A stretch of 64,000 nucleotides of DNA from Candidatus Eiseniibacteriota bacterium (GCA_963717505.1 OY970342.1:1152001-1216000), one strand, 5' to 3'. Counted from the stretch's first letter, positions 23,801-34,387 are shown. Notes: a model not told the origin generated them from the sequence alone. Program-made: numbers and translations.

Positions 23801-23900
23801 AGGAGGGACTGCCCGGAGACGTTTCAGGATCCGCGAACAGCGACGATTGCCTGCAGCCGCGGCCGACACCGGGCGACCCGGTCGCGTAGTATCGCCGGCC

Positions 23901-24911
23901 GTGACGACGAGGCTTTCCGACATCGGCGAGTTCGAGGCGATCCGGCGGATTCTGGCCGCCCGCGAGCCCGGCCCGGGCGTGGCCGTCGGGCCCGGAGACG
24001 ACGCAGCCATCCTGCGTCCCACCGAAGGAATGGAGCTGGCCGCAACCACTGACGCCTTCGTCGAACGCGTGCACTACCGGCCGGGCGATCTGACCGACTT
24101 CGAGCTGGGCGGTCGGTTTGCCGCCGCCAACCTCAGCGACCTGGCGGCGGTCGCGAGCCAGCCACGATGGGGCTTGATCTCGATGGGGATTCGGCCCGAG
24201 ACGCCGATCGCGGCGGTGTTGGAACGCGACCGCGGCATCTCGGCAACGTTGCGCGCGCACGACGCGGCGTTGGTCGGCGGAAATCTGGCTGCGGTGCAGG
24301 GCCCCGAGTGGCTGTCGCTCACTTTGATCGGGGAGTGCGCTCGGGATCGGGCCTGGACCCGGGGCGGAGCACGCCCCGGCGACCTGATCGCGATCACAGG
24401 AATGCCGGGCCGTGCCGCCGCCGGCCTGGCCATGATCACCGATCACCGCGGCGCGCCGTCCGACCGAGACTGGTGGGCGCCGCTCTTTCGTGCGTACGCC
24501 GCGCCCGCCTCGCGCGTCGATCTCGCGCGACGATTCGCCTCGGCCGACCTGGTTCGCGCCGCGATCGACATCTCGGACGGGCTGGCCGCGGACCTCGGTC
24601 ATGTCTGCGACGCGTCTCGAGTCGGCGCCGAGCTGCGGGAGGCGGATTGGCCGGACGATCCGCTGCTCGCCCGCGCGGCATCGGAATGCGGCGTCGATCC
24701 CGCCACCTGGCGACTCGGGCCCAGCGACGACTACGAACTGTTGCTCGCGATTCCGCCCGAAGTTCGTGCGTCCGCGCTCGACGCCGCGCGCGCGGCGGGC
24801 GTCACGCTTGCGATGGTCGGAGTGTTCACCCCGCCGGCGGCCGTCACCTGGGTGGAGCGCGCGGGGGCTCGGCGCGAACTATCGCGTGCCGGCTACGATC
24901 ACTATCGGTGA
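23901..24911 (+). CDS. thiL: Thiamine-monophosphate kinase
   Basis: GEFEAI, GPGDDAA, NLSDLAA, GARPGD, IDISDGL, DDYELL, GYDHY. Confidence 0.95.
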   Translation: MTTRLSDIGEFEAIRRILAAREPGPGVAVGPGDDAAILRPTEGMELAATTDAFVERVHYRPGDLTDFELGGRFAAANLSDLAAVASQPRWGLISMGIRPETPIAAVLERDRGISATLRAHDAALVGGNLAAVQGPEWLSLTLIGECARDRAWTRGGARPGDLIAITGMPGRAAAGLAMITDHRGAPSDRDWWAPLFRAYAAPASRVDLARRFASADLVRAAIDISDGLAADLGHVCDASRVGAELREADWPDDPLLARAASECGVDPATWRLGPSDDYELLLAIPPEVRASALDAARAAGVTLAMVGVFTPPAAVTWVERAGARRELSRAGYDHYR

Positions 24912-24950
24912 GGCGAACCCCGCGGCGCGCAGAACGGGCGCCCGGCGTCG

Positions 24951-25526
24951 CTAGTGGCGATCGCGGCGCGCGCCCGAGCGCCCAGAAGCCACGAAGAACA
25001 GGTCGGTGGGATCGACCTTGCCCCGGAAGCGGGCCTCGTGCTCGAGCAACCAGCGTTTGCGCGGCAGTCCGCCGCCGTAGCCGGTGAGCGCGCCGGTGGC
25101 GCCGACCACGCGGTGGCACGGGACGATGATCGCGATCGGGTTCTGATTGTTGGCGAGCCCGACCGCGCGCGCCGAGCGTGGCTGACCGATGAGCTTCGCG
25201 ATGTCCCCGTAGGAACGGGTCTCGGCGTACGGAATCTCGAGCAGTGCCCGCCACACCGAAACCTGGAACGGCGAACCCTCGAGGTCGAGGGCGACGTCGA
25301 AGTGCGACGCCGAGCCGACGAAATAGGCCTCGAGCTGCTCGATCACCGTCTTGAGCTTGAGCAGCGACGGCGTCCATTCCGCGGCCGGGTATTGCGCCGC
25401 GTGCCCGGCGATCATCCGCTTGATGCTCTTGCGCCCCATGTACTCGAGGTGGCGCAGGCCACGCGGCCCCTGGGCGACGAACAACAGCCCGACCGGTGAC
25501 GACATGACGTGGTATTCGAGGCGCAT
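24951..25526 (-). CDS. ogt: Methylated-DNA-[protein]-cysteine S-methyltransferase
   Basis: FQVSVW, RAVG, active site IIVPCHRVV, KRWLLEHE. Confidence 0.95.
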   Translation of the reverse strand: MRLEYHVMSSPVGLLFVAQGPRGLRHLEYMGRKSIKRMIAGHAAQYPAAEWTPSLLKLKTVIEQLEAYFVGSASHFDVALDLEGSPFQVSVWRALLEIPYAETRSYGDIAKLIGQPRSARAVGLANNQNPIAIIVPCHRVVGATGALTGYGGGLPRKRWLLEHEARFRGKVDPTDLFFVASGRSGARRDRH

Positions 25527-25587
25527 GGCCGGAAGATAGCGGACGCTGGCGGGGGACGCCAGAAACCCGGGGCGACGGGGGGGTACG

Positions 25588-26922
25588 TCAGATCTCGAAG
25601 ATCAGCTCGCGCGTCGTCCAGTCGATGGTCACGCGCGAATCCTTGAAGAACTCGGGGCCGATGATCGCGTCACGCCGAACCCCGTGGCGCCACAGCTCGC
25701 CGCTCTCGAGTGCTCCCGACCAGCCGGGCAGCTTGTCCTTGCCCACGGCGCCGATGGTCAGACTGGGGACGCCGACCGCGATCCACGGGCGGCCGCTCAG
25801 CCACTTGCCGACACCGCTCGCGGCCTTGGACATGAAGCCGCCCTTGAGACCGAGTTCGTCGAACACCTCCTGGGGCGCGCCGACCCCGCAGCCGGGAACG
25901 CCTGACTGGACGATCAGCGCCATGCGCCGGCCGCCGGCGATCGAGCCGTACACCGTCATCTCGCGCTCGCCCCAGATCTCGAACGGAATGCGTTGGGCTC
26001 CGGCTTCGGGCGAGAACTTGGCGCCGACGGGCCTCAGGATCAGCTCGTGCTCGCGAAAGTCCAGGGTCGGCGTGAACCGCCGGAGCAGGTTCAGGCCGAT
26101 GACTCCGACCACGTTCTCGCCATAGGGATTGACCTCGATGCTCCACTTGCGTAGCGGCAGGACGCCGGCCGGCAGCCGCTCGATCGTCACGCCACCGATC
26201 TCGAGCCGCTGGACCACGGCATTGCCGACCACCAGGCGTGCTCCGGTCCAGAACTCGCGCCGCTGTGCGGGCACGGTCTGCACCTTGTACCGCCGCACCG
26301 CCGAGGGGTCGATCAGCACATCTCCGGCCCCGGTGTCGATGCCCATCAGCACGCTCTGGCCGTTGAGCTTGACCCGAACGATCGGCACCGGATGTCCGCG
26401 CACCCACGGCACCTTGACCTCGGCCGGGACCTCGTTCATCACCCAGGGCGGGGTTTCCGCGAGGGCGCGCAGCAACTCGACGCGGCCCGGTTCGTTCGCA
26501 TCCTCGGCGATCAGGACGGCGTCCTCGTAGCGCCCAAGCCGCACCCGTGCCGCGAACAGGTCTTCGGCAACCCCCGGCTCCGAGCGTGCGCGCTCGAGCA
26601 ACGGGATCGCCTCCTCGGGCCGATCGCGAAACAGCGCGAGCTTGCCGAGTGCGGCCAGTGCTTGTGGATCGGCGGGATCGAGTTCGATCACGCGGCGGTA
26701 GAGGCCTTCCGCCTCGGCCAGCCTCGCGAGCTTGAACAACTGTCCAGCCAGCGAGTCGAGTCGCGCCGGATTGTTGCCGTGCCCGGTTGTGTCGCGCGCC
26801 GCCATGCGCGCCAGGAACTGGGCTTCGCGGTAGCTGGGATCGGGTTGCATCCAGTCGGACCACGCTAGTGCTGCGAATCCCAGGATCAGCGTCGCGGCGG
26901 CGAGGGCGACTCGGCGCTTCAT
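25588..26922 (-). CDS. Secreted TPR + retropepsin-like aspartyl protease
   Basis: Signal peptide MKRRVALAAA, TPR helices, IDTGA motif, GVIG, and a second degenerate protease domain. ATGA overlap with the upstream gene. Confidence 0.8.
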   Translation of the reverse strand: MKRRVALAAATLILGFAALAWSDWMQPDPSYREAQFLARMAARDTTGHGNNPARLDSLAGQLFKLARLAEAEGLYRRVIELDPADPQALAALGKLALFRDRPEEAIPLLERARSEPGVAEDLFAARVRLGRYEDAVLIAEDANEPGRVELLRALAETPPWVMNEVPAEVKVPWVRGHPVPIVRVKLNGQSVLMGIDTGAGDVLIDPSAVRRYKVQTVPAQRREFWTGARLVVGNAVVQRLEIGGVTIERLPAGVLPLRKWSIEVNPYGENVVGVIGLNLLRRFTPTLDFREHELILRPVGAKFSPEAGAQRIPFEIWGEREMTVYGSIAGGRRMALIVQSGVPGCGVGAPQEVFDELGLKGGFMSKAASGVGKWLSGRPWIAVGVPSLTIGAVGKDKLPGWSGALESGELWRHGVRRDAIIGPEFFKDSRVTIDWTTRELIFEI

Positions 26923-28094
26923 CGGGCGAGGAAACGCCGGGTGATCGCCAACAACACGTCGGCGCCGATCCTCAGACAGTCCTCGTCCACGTCGAATCGG
27001 GGATGGTGGTGGCCGTAGGTCAGGCCGCGCGATTCGTTGCGCGAACCGACGGCGACGAAACAACCCGGGACTTCGGCGAGCATGTACGAGAAGTCCTCGC
27101 CGCCCATGGTGCGCAGGTCGTCGACGATGTTCGCGGCACCGACCACTTCGGCGGCCGCCTCGCGCGCCAGCGCCGCCATCGCGGGATCGTTGACCGTCGG
27201 GCGATTGTGCCGCTGGTAGCGGATCTCGGCGGTGCAGCCGAGCGCCTCGGCGACGCCGCGCACGATGCGCTCGAAGCGCTGCGGCAGCTCGGCCCAGATC
27301 TCGGAGTCGAACACGCGCACGGTGCCGTTCATCCACGCCGAGGGCGGAATGATGTTGAACGCGCTGCCGGCGCGGATCTGGGTCACGCTGACCACGACCT
27401 CGCGCAACGGATCGGTCGAGCGGCTGGCGATGGTCTGGAGGGCGGTGACCGCGTGCGCGAGCGCCACCACCGGATCGACGCCGAGCTGGGGCTGTGCGGC
27501 GTGGGCGCCGCGCCCGGAAAAAGCGACCTCGAATTCGTCGACCGCCGCCATGAACGCCCCGGGCGTCACGCCGACCTTGCCGAGATCGAGGTCCTGCCAG
27601 ACGTGGAGGCCGAACGCAGCCGCGGGGCGCGGATCGGCGAAGGCCCCGTCGGCGATCATCGCGGAGGCGCCGCCGCCCGACTCTTCGGCCGGCTGGAAGC
27701 ACAGTCGCACCGAACCCGGAAGACTCGCGGCGTCCGCGATCAGGCGCTTGGCGACGCCGAGCAGGATCGAGGTGTGACAGTCGTGCCCGCAGGCGTGCAT
27801 GCGACCGGCGTTCTGCGAACGGTAGGGAACGTCGTTCTCTTCCTGGATCGGGAGCGCGTCCATGTCGGCGCGCAGGAGCACCGTCGGCCCGGTGCGCCGG
27901 CCGGACACCGTCGCCAGGACTCCGGTCTTCGCGACCCCGGTACGGGGCTCGATGCCGAGTGCTCGCAAGCGCTCGGCGACCACACCGCTGGTGCGCTTCT
28001 CCTCGAACGCGGTCTCGGGATGCGCGTGCAGATCGCGGCGCACCGCGATCATCTCCTGGACTTCGGGTTCGCTGAAAGCCGAGGTGTTGGTCAT
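26919..28094 (-). CDS. M20D family amidohydrolase
   Basis: RRDLHAHPE, LRADMDALP, MHACGHD, FQPAEE, GEDFS, HHPRF. Confidence 0.95.
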   Translation of the reverse strand: MTNTSAFSEPEVQEMIAVRRDLHAHPETAFEEKRTSGVVAERLRALGIEPRTGVAKTGVLATVSGRRTGPTVLLRADMDALPIQEENDVPYRSQNAGRMHACGHDCHTSILLGVAKRLIADAASLPGSVRLCFQPAEESGGGASAMIADGAFADPRPAAAFGLHVWQDLDLGKVGVTPGAFMAAVDEFEVAFSGRGAHAAQPQLGVDPVVALAHAVTALQTIASRSTDPLREVVVSVTQIRAGSAFNIIPPSAWMNGTVRVFDSEIWAELPQRFERIVRGVAEALGCTAEIRYQRHNRPTVNDPAMAALAREAAAEVVGAANIVDDLRTMGGEDFSYMLAEVPGCFVAVGSRNESRGLTYGHHHPRFDVDEDCLRIGADVLLAITRRFLAR

Positions 28095-28149
28095 GGTCCT
28101 GGAGACGGTTCGGCGGGCCGGGATTGCCGGCCCGCCGTCGTGTCGTCGA

Positions 28150-29634
28150 CTAACGCTTGGTCGTGTCCGCCGGGACCGACTCGTTGCGCTGCAGCAGCCG
28201 CCGGCGCTCGATTTCCTTCCGCAACTCTTCCTTGTTCAGGACCACGAACTCGACGCGGCGGTTCCGCGAACGCGTCTCGTCGTTGGTCTCTTTCACCACC
28301 GGCCGCGACTCCCCGTAGCCCTTGATCGAGTATTGCTCCCGGGGCAGGCCCGGGTATTTGCTGCCGATGTACTTGGCGACCGCGAGGGCGCGTTCCTCGC
28401 TCAGCTTCTGGTTGAGGCCCACCGACCCGCGGGAATCCGTGTGGCCCCCGACCTCGATCTGGAGCTGCGGCCAGCGCACGATCACGTAACCGATCAGGTC
28501 GAGCGCGGGGAACGACTCGGGCTTGAGTACCGCCTTGCCGGTCTCGAAGTAGACCTTCTCCTCGCGAATCATGCCGGTGTCGAGCAGCTCGGTCTCGATC
28601 TCGATCACCTCGACCGGACAGCCCTTGGCGTCGACCTTGAGGCTCTTGTCGGTGTCCGGGCAATCGTCGAGCCCGTTCGGCACGCCGTCTTCGTCGGAGT
28701 CGACCGGGCAGCCGACTGAATCGACGACCGCGCCCTTGGGCGTGTCGGCGCATTTGTCGATGCCGTCGAGGATCGCGTCGCCGTCGGTGTCGCTCGGACA
28801 ACCGACCGAGTCCACCGTGGCGCCCTTCGGTGTGTCGGGGCACTTGTCGATGCCGTTGGAGACGCCGTCGCCGTCGGGATCACTGGGGCAGCCCTTGGCG
28901 TCGACCGTCGCGCCCTTCGGCGTGTTCGCGCATTGATCGATGCCGTCCAGCACCGCGTCGCCGTCGGTGTCGGTCGGGCAGCCGGTGGCGTCGACCGTCG
29001 CGCCTTTCGGGGTGTCCGGGCACTGATCCTTGCGGTCGGGAACGCCGTCGCCGTCGGTGTCGCGGGCCTTGGCGCCCAGCGCGACCGTGAGCCCGGCGCC
29101 GACGATCCAGTTGTGGCCCTCGACGTCGGTGGGCTCTTCCTTGTTGAGCCACATCAGGTCGCGGGCTTCGAGGCGCGCGCCGAGAAAGTCGGTGAACCAC
29201 AGGTTCACGCCAACCGCGACCTCGAGGTTGCCCTGCTTGAGGTCGGTGCCCCCGGAGGAGGGCTTGAGCTGGCTGTTGCCGAAGCCGGCGGAAATGAACG
29301 GGCCGCCGTACATGCCGGAAAACGGGGTGAACACCAGGTTTCCCGAGTAGTGGAAGAAGTCGACGTCGGTTCCGGCCACCGTGTCTTCGTTGGTCGCGGT
29401 GAAGCCGGCCGCGCCTTCGAGCGCGACCCAGGGCCGCAGCTGCCAGCCGAGCCGGCCGCCCAGGTTGAACTCGTCGACCAGGTGGGCGTTCGGGAACCTG
29501 AGGTCGCCGTCGAAGATGGTGTAGCCGGCAAACGGCACGATGTACCCGTAGGAGCCCACGGGGTCGGCGGCCGCAGATCCGGCGAACAGCAACGCAGTCA
29601 GAACGAGCCCCGCGGGCCGAAAGCGTGCGCGCAT
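28150..29634 (-). CDS. OmpA family protein with beta-barrel, TSP3 repeats and peptidoglycan-binding domain
   Basis: Signal peptide, N-terminal barrel, Asp/Cys repeats, GHTDSRG, NQKLSEERA, NRRVEF. Confidence 0.93.
   Translation of the reverse strand: MRARFRPAGLVLTALLFAGSAAADPVGSYGYIVPFAGYTIFDGDLRFPNAHLVDEFNLGGRLGWQLRPWVALEGAAGFTATNEDTVAGTDVDFFHYSGNLVFTPFSGMYGGPFISAGFGNSQLKPSSGGTDLKQGNLEVAVGVNLWFTDFLGARLEARDLMWLNKEEPTDVEGHNWIVGAGLTVALGAKARDTDGDGVPDRKDQCPDTPKGATVDATGCPTDTDGDAVLDGIDQCANTPKGATVDAKGCPSDPDGDGVSNGIDKCPDTPKGATVDSVGCPSDTDGDAILDGIDKCADTPKGAVVDSVGCPVDSDEDGVPNGLDDCPDTDKSLKVDAKGCPVEVIEIETELLDTGMIREEKVYFETGKAVLKPESFPALDLIGYVIVRWPQLQIEVGGHTDSRGSVGLNQKLSEERALAVAKYIGSKYPGLPREQYSIKGYGESRPVVKETNDETRSRNRRVEFVVLNKEELRKEIERRRLLQRNESVPADTTKR
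28615..29062 (-). repeat. Five ~90-bp coding tandem repeats (thrombospondin type-3-like)
   Basis: DxDGDG(V/I)xDxxDxCPDTPKGAxVDxxGCPx repeated five times. Confidence 0.88.
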
Positions 29635-29700
29635 GAGAGACCTCCTTGTGCTCGAGTCACGCGTGGGAGACGCCGAGGTGAATCCGACAGCAACCGCGGG

Positions 29701-29729
29701 ACGATAGCCGGGGGCCGGGGGGGAGGCAA
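29701..29729 (-). promoter_or_regulatory. Sigma70-type promoter of the ompA-like gene
   Basis: TTGCCT-N17-TATCGT on the minus strand. Confidence 0.55.
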
Positions 29730-29755
29730 GGGCGGCCGTCGCCGTGCGAATGCCC

Positions 29756-31039
29756 CTAGAACGACGCCTGCAGGTGCAGGAACCCCTTGTCGTGCACCAG
29801 CCAGACGTCGTAGGGCTCGGGGTCCAGCTCGACGCCTTCGACTCCGGAAACCAGGATGCGCCCGAAGCGCGCCGAGAGCCCGACGAACAGGCGCGACTCC
29901 GTGCGCGAGCCGTAGCTCTCCTGGTAGATCACTCCCGACTGGGCGATCGAGATCCGGTCGTAGAGCCCGCCCACCCGCATCTCGATCCGCGGATGCGCGA
30001 GCCACTCGGCTTCGACGCCGATCATGCGGTCGACGGCGTCGAACACGCCCGGCACCGCGCCGAGCGGTGGATCCTGACGCTGGTATCGCTCCTGATAGAG
30101 GTAGCGGCCTTCGACGTTCCAGCGCGGCGAGAGCCAGCGGCGCAGCGCGGTTTCGGCCGACCACTTCCGCCGGAACTTGCCGTTGTCGCCGAACGTCGAG
30201 CCCTCGACCATGTCGGTGCCGTCCGCTTGCTTGTTGTAGCCGCGGGCCTCCCACTCGAAGCCGCCGCCGCGCAGCTCGACCTGTCCGCGCGCCAGGGTTC
30301 CCCACAGCGTCACCAGCCGGTCGGGATCGACCTCGGCGGGGTCCGGGATGCGCTTTTCCGATGGCGTCAGGTAGCGGCCCTCGACTTCCACGCGCGCCGC
30401 CGGCTTCCGGAGCGTGAAGAACAGCCCCGGCTCGTACGGACGTTTCTCGTAGGGCTCGGACGTGTCCCCGACTCGCGTCTGCCGAAACGCCCACAGGTTG
30501 TTGAACGTGTCCTCGAAGATGAACTGGGCGCGCGCCTGGACCTCGGTCGAGTCGGCGCCGGTTTCCCACGCCACGCCGAAGTCCTGTGTGCTCTTGTCGA
30601 ACAGCGGCCGGAACATCGCCGACACGGTTCCGGCGCGAATCGGGAACCGGAACCACAGGTCGAGATACTGGTGCTGGGATTCGTCGGACTCGTTCTGGTC
30701 GTAGTCGATCGCGAACCGGGCCTTGTCGCCCATCGGCGTGCTGAGCTTCATGTCGGTCTCGATGATCCACTGGCCCGAGGTCAGGCAGCCCTGGCCGGTA
30801 CGAAACGCCAGCGGCGACCGTTCCCAGTCGTCGCGCCAGCGCCGCGGCGAGCGGGTCAGGTAACGGTCGAGCAGCGCTTCGTCGTCTTCTTCCTGCTGCT
30901 CGACGTCGAAGGTTTCGAACTCTTCGCTGCCGCCGAGAACCGGCGCGGGGTTGGCCAGGAGACAAAGGATCGCGAGCGCCGCTCGCGAGTGTCCGAAGGA
31001 AACGCTGCGTCGAACGCGGGGAGCGCCGATGTCCGCCAT
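29756..31039 (-). CDS. Hypothetical outer-membrane beta-barrel protein
   Basis: Signal-like N-terminus, many amphipathic strands, C-terminal FLHLQASF. Alternative coupled GTG start at 31066. Confidence 0.7.
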   Translation of the reverse strand: MADIGAPRVRRSVSFGHSRAALAILCLLANPAPVLGGSEEFETFDVEQQEEDDEALLDRYLTRSPRRWRDDWERSPLAFRTGQGCLTSGQWIIETDMKLSTPMGDKARFAIDYDQNESDESQHQYLDLWFRFPIRAGTVSAMFRPLFDKSTQDFGVAWETGADSTEVQARAQFIFEDTFNNLWAFRQTRVGDTSEPYEKRPYEPGLFFTLRKPAARVEVEGRYLTPSEKRIPDPAEVDPDRLVTLWGTLARGQVELRGGGFEWEARGYNKQADGTDMVEGSTFGDNGKFRRKWSAETALRRWLSPRWNVEGRYLYQERYQRQDPPLGAVPGVFDAVDRMIGVEAEWLAHPRIEMRVGGLYDRISIAQSGVIYQESYGSRTESRLFVGLSARFGRILVSGVEGVELDPEPYDVWLVHDKGFLHLQASF

Positions 31040-31062
31040 CGCCACCTCGCGGGTGGCTGCGG

Positions 31063-31716
31063 TCACCGCTCGGCCCGCGTGGTCGCGAAGGGCCGGACCA
31101 GCTCGACGAATGCCCGCGCGCGCCGAGTGATCTCGACCAGGCTGCCGGCGGCGGCCAGCGCCGGATCCGCGATCGCCGCGCCCAGGCCGACGCCGACGCA
31201 GCCGGCCTCGAGGAACGGCACGGTGTTGTCGAGATTCGTGCCGCCCGCGGCGAGCATCGGCATGTCGGGCAGCGGATCGCGCAGGATGCGGATGTAGTTG
31301 GGTCCGCCGGCCACGCCGACCGGATATACCTTGATGACGTGCGCCCCGGCGTCGCGCGCCGCGATGATCTCGCTGCTGGTGTAAGCACCCGGAACGTAGA
31401 GCACGCCCGCGCCCAGAGCCGCGCGCGCGACGTCGCGCGAGAAGTTCGGAGCGACGATGAACTGGGCGCCCGCGGCGAGTGCGGCGCGCGCCTGTTCCGC
31501 GTTGAGCACCGTACCGGCGCCGACGACGGCGTCGCGGGTGCCGGCGAGCGCGCGCATGACGTCGGGCGCGTCCGGAACCGTGAAGGTGATCTCGACCATG
31601 GGAACGCCGCCGGCAACCACGGCTTTGGCGGCTTTGAGCGCGGCTTCGCGCGACGGGGCGCGAATCACCGAGATCAGGCGGGTCTCGCGGAGGGTGGCCA
31701 GCGCAGTGGGTTCCAT
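31063..31716 (-). CDS. eda: KDPG/KHG aldolase
   Basis: VEITF, VGAGTVL, GAQFIVAP, Schiff-base lysine in IKVYP, AGG. Confidence 0.9.
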   Translation of the reverse strand: MEPTALATLRETRLISVIRAPSREAALKAAKAVVAGGVPMVEITFTVPDAPDVMRALAGTRDAVVGAGTVLNAEQARAALAAGAQFIVAPNFSRDVARAALGAGVLYVPGAYTSSEIIAARDAGAHVIKVYPVGVAGGPNYIRILRDPLPDMPMLAAGGTNLDNTVPFLEAGCVGVGLGAAIADPALAAAGSLVEITRRARAFVELVRPFATTRAER

Positions 31717-31779
31717 GAAGGTGGAGCCTAGCATTGGCGCTCGTCGGGCGCGACGCCGGGTTGTGGCAGTATCCGGCCC

Positions 31780-34368
31780 ATGGCGTTCCGGCTTCCGCAG
31801 AATCCATGGCTTCGCGTGGCGGTGTTCGCGGCGTCCGTCGCCGTCCTCCTGGTCGTCGTGGCGTGGGCCGCGGTCGCGATCTTTCTGCCGCCCGCCAAGC
31901 TCAAGCTGATGATCGAGCGCCGTCTGGCCGCGGCGCTCGCGCGCGACGTGCGCTTCGCGGAAGCGACCGCGAGCCTGTGGCCGCCGGTCCGGATCACAGT
32001 TTCCGAGTTCGCGCTCGCGGAACCCGGTGGCTTCGACCAGGGCGCGATGTTCCAGTCCCGCGCGATCCATTTGGACCTCCACGCGCTCGCCCTGCTCGGG
32101 GGCAGGCTGGTCGTGCGCCGGCTGGTTCTCGACGGCCCCGCCCTGCACCTGCTGCTCCGCGCCGACGGCACGACCAACCTCGATGGAGTCGGGGCGCCGC
32201 CCGAGGCCGCGGCGGCACCGGGCGCGGGTGGCGGCCCGCGCCTTCCGCTCGAGTTGGCGATCGAGGATTTCCGGATCGACAACGGCCGGGTGCTGGTCGA
32301 CGACGTGCGTGCCGCGCGGCGAATCGCTTTCACCCTGGGAACCCGCACCGCACTCGGGCTCAAAGGATCGCGCGTGAACACGCACGGGCTCACCCAGATC
32401 GACGACCTGGCATTCGGCCCGGCTTCAGCGGCACGCCTCGAGGATCTGAATCAATCGCTGGCGCCGCTCGAGTGGCAGATCGAACATCGCGGCGCGTACG
32501 ACCTGGCGCAGAAGAAGCTGGCGCTCGAGACTCTCGGGCTCCGTTTCGGCAAGACGCGGCTCGCGGTGACCGGGGTCGTGGATCAATCCCGCCCCGAGAC
32601 CCGGGTCGATCTTCGCGCGCGCGGCTCCGAAGTGTCGCTCGGGGACATTCTGTCGTTCCTGGCAGAGGCCGAGGCCGGTCCACTCGCCGGGCTCGACGGC
32701 GACGGCACCCTCGCGTTCGATCTCGCGGTGCGCGGCGAGTTGGGTGCGCCCGCGCCGGGCGCGCCCGAGGCCGGGCTGCCCGACGTCACCGGCACGATCG
32801 CGCTCGCGAACACCTGGGTGCAGCTCGCTGGGGCGCCGGCCAAGATCGAGAATCTTTCGCTGACCGCCACGTTGTCGCCCGATGCGCTGGCGATCGACGA
32901 CCTGCAGGCTCGCGTCGCCGGCCAGCCGGTGCGCGGCACCCTCGCGGTCCAGCAGTTCGCGGATCCTCGGGTGACCTTCGCGATTCATGGCGACGTCGAC
33001 CTCGCCGCGGTGGCGCCGCTGGTCGTGGCCAAGGACACCCGACTCTCGGGTCGCGCGGCGCTCGACGTACGTGGGAACGGGCGGGCGAAGTCGCCGGAAA
33101 CCATGGCGCTCGAAGGGCATGCCCGGCTCGCGGACGTGCGCGTCGAACAGCCCGCGCTGGCGCGACCCATCGAGAAGATCTCGGGCGACATCGAGTTCTC
33201 GCAGACGCGCGCGCGGGTGACTGGATTGTCGGCGCACGCCGGACCATCATCGTTCAAGCTCGACGCCACCATCGATCGCCCGTTGTCGCTGACCACGAAG
33301 CCGGGCGATCCCAAGCCGCCGCCGCCGGCAGCCATCACGTTCTCGTTCGTATCGCCGAATCTCGACATGGCCGATTTCTCGAAAGGCGGCGGTGGCGGGC
33401 CGGTGCCGCTCAATGCGAATGGTCGCGGGCGGGTGGCGATCGGGAAGCTGAAGAGCGGACGCCTCGAGATGGAGCGCGTCACCGCAGATGTGGTACTCGA
33501 ACCCTGGGTGCTCGAAGCGCCGCGCTTCGGCGCTCGCATCTACGAGGGGCAGCTGTCGGGCGCGGCGCGCTTCGACGTCACCGATCCCGCCCACCCGCTC
33601 GTGACCCTGGACTCGAAGCTCGACAGCGCGCGCGTCGAGCGGCTGCTCGGCGCCTGGGTGCCGCCCGGCCAGTGGCTCCAGGGATCGATGAGCACCACGA
33701 TCGACGTCGCCGGCGATCTCTCCGACCTCCAGCGATCGATCACCGCCGCCGGCCTGGCGGCGGTGTGGAACGGATCGCTGTCGGACCTGCCGGTGCTCCA
33801 AGAACTGGGAGCTTTCACGAAGGTACCGTCCCTGTCCAAAGTCACGTTCAAGGATCTGCGCTCGAGCTTCCGAGTGGAGCGCGGCCGGGTCATGACCGGT
33901 CCGGCGCATCTTTCCAGCAACCGTGGCGATTGGGACGTATCGGGCTCGGTGGGGTTCGACGGTTCGCTCGACTACGTCGCGAGCATCACGCTGCCGCCGT
34001 CGGTGGCGCAGGACATCGGCGCCCGTGCAGCGCTTGCGGCCGGCGCGCTGGCCGACGACCAGGGACGCGTTCTGCTCGACCTGCGCATCCGCGGCACCAC
34101 CAAGCAGCCGAAGATCTCGTGGGACTCGAAGGCCACCGGCGAGCGGATGCGCGGCCGCCTGTCGAGCGCGCTCGAGGAACAGATGAACAAGCTCCGCAGC
34201 CAGTCTCGCGACACGGCGGCGGCGCTGGAGCGGACCGGCGGCGACAGCGCGCGGGCGATGGCCCGACTCCGGCAGAAGCAGCTCGAGGACAGCTTGCTGC
34301 AGCAGGCGGGCAAGCTGCTCGAAGGGTTCTTCGGCAAGGGCAAGGGGAAGCGCGACACGACGAAGTGA
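31780..34368 (+). CDS. AsmA family protein
   Basis: N-terminal TM anchor, LLRADGTTN motif, long beta-rich body, AsmA-type C-terminus (GSVGFDGSLDY...IRGTTKQPKI). Confidence 0.85.
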   Translation: MAFRLPQNPWLRVAVFAASVAVLLVVVAWAAVAIFLPPAKLKLMIERRLAAALARDVRFAEATASLWPPVRITVSEFALAEPGGFDQGAMFQSRAIHLDLHALALLGGRLVVRRLVLDGPALHLLLRADGTTNLDGVGAPPEAAAAPGAGGGPRLPLELAIEDFRIDNGRVLVDDVRAARRIAFTLGTRTALGLKGSRVNTHGLTQIDDLAFGPASAARLEDLNQSLAPLEWQIEHRGAYDLAQKKLALETLGLRFGKTRLAVTGVVDQSRPETRVDLRARGSEVSLGDILSFLAEAEAGPLAGLDGDGTLAFDLAVRGELGAPAPGAPEAGLPDVTGTIALANTWVQLAGAPAKIENLSLTATLSPDALAIDDLQARVAGQPVRGTLAVQQFADPRVTFAIHGDVDLAAVAPLVVAKDTRLSGRAALDVRGNGRAKSPETMALEGHARLADVRVEQPALARPIEKISGDIEFSQTRARVTGLSAHAGPSSFKLDATIDRPLSLTTKPGDPKPPPPAAITFSFVSPNLDMADFSKGGGGGPVPLNANGRGRVAIGKLKSGRLEMERVTADVVLEPWVLEAPRFGARIYEGQLSGAARFDVTDPAHPLVTLDSKLDSARVERLLGAWVPPGQWLQGSMSTTIDVAGDLSDLQRSITAAGLAAVWNGSLSDLPVLQELGAFTKVPSLSKVTFKDLRSSFRVERGRVMTGPAHLSSNRGDWDVSGSVGFDGSLDYVASITLPPSVAQDIGARAALAAGALADDQGRVLLDLRIRGTTKQPKISWDSKATGERMRGRLSSALEEQMNKLRSQSRDTAAALERTGGDSARAMARLRQKQLEDSLLQQAGKLLEGFFGKGKGKRDTTK

Positions 34369-34387
34369 CGCTTCGGCGAATTCGTCG

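Noticed and set aside
28615-29062. Regular ~90-bp repeats as a possible CRISPR array
   Set aside because: They are in-frame TSP3-like protein repeats with synonymous variation, no unique spacers and no cas genes.
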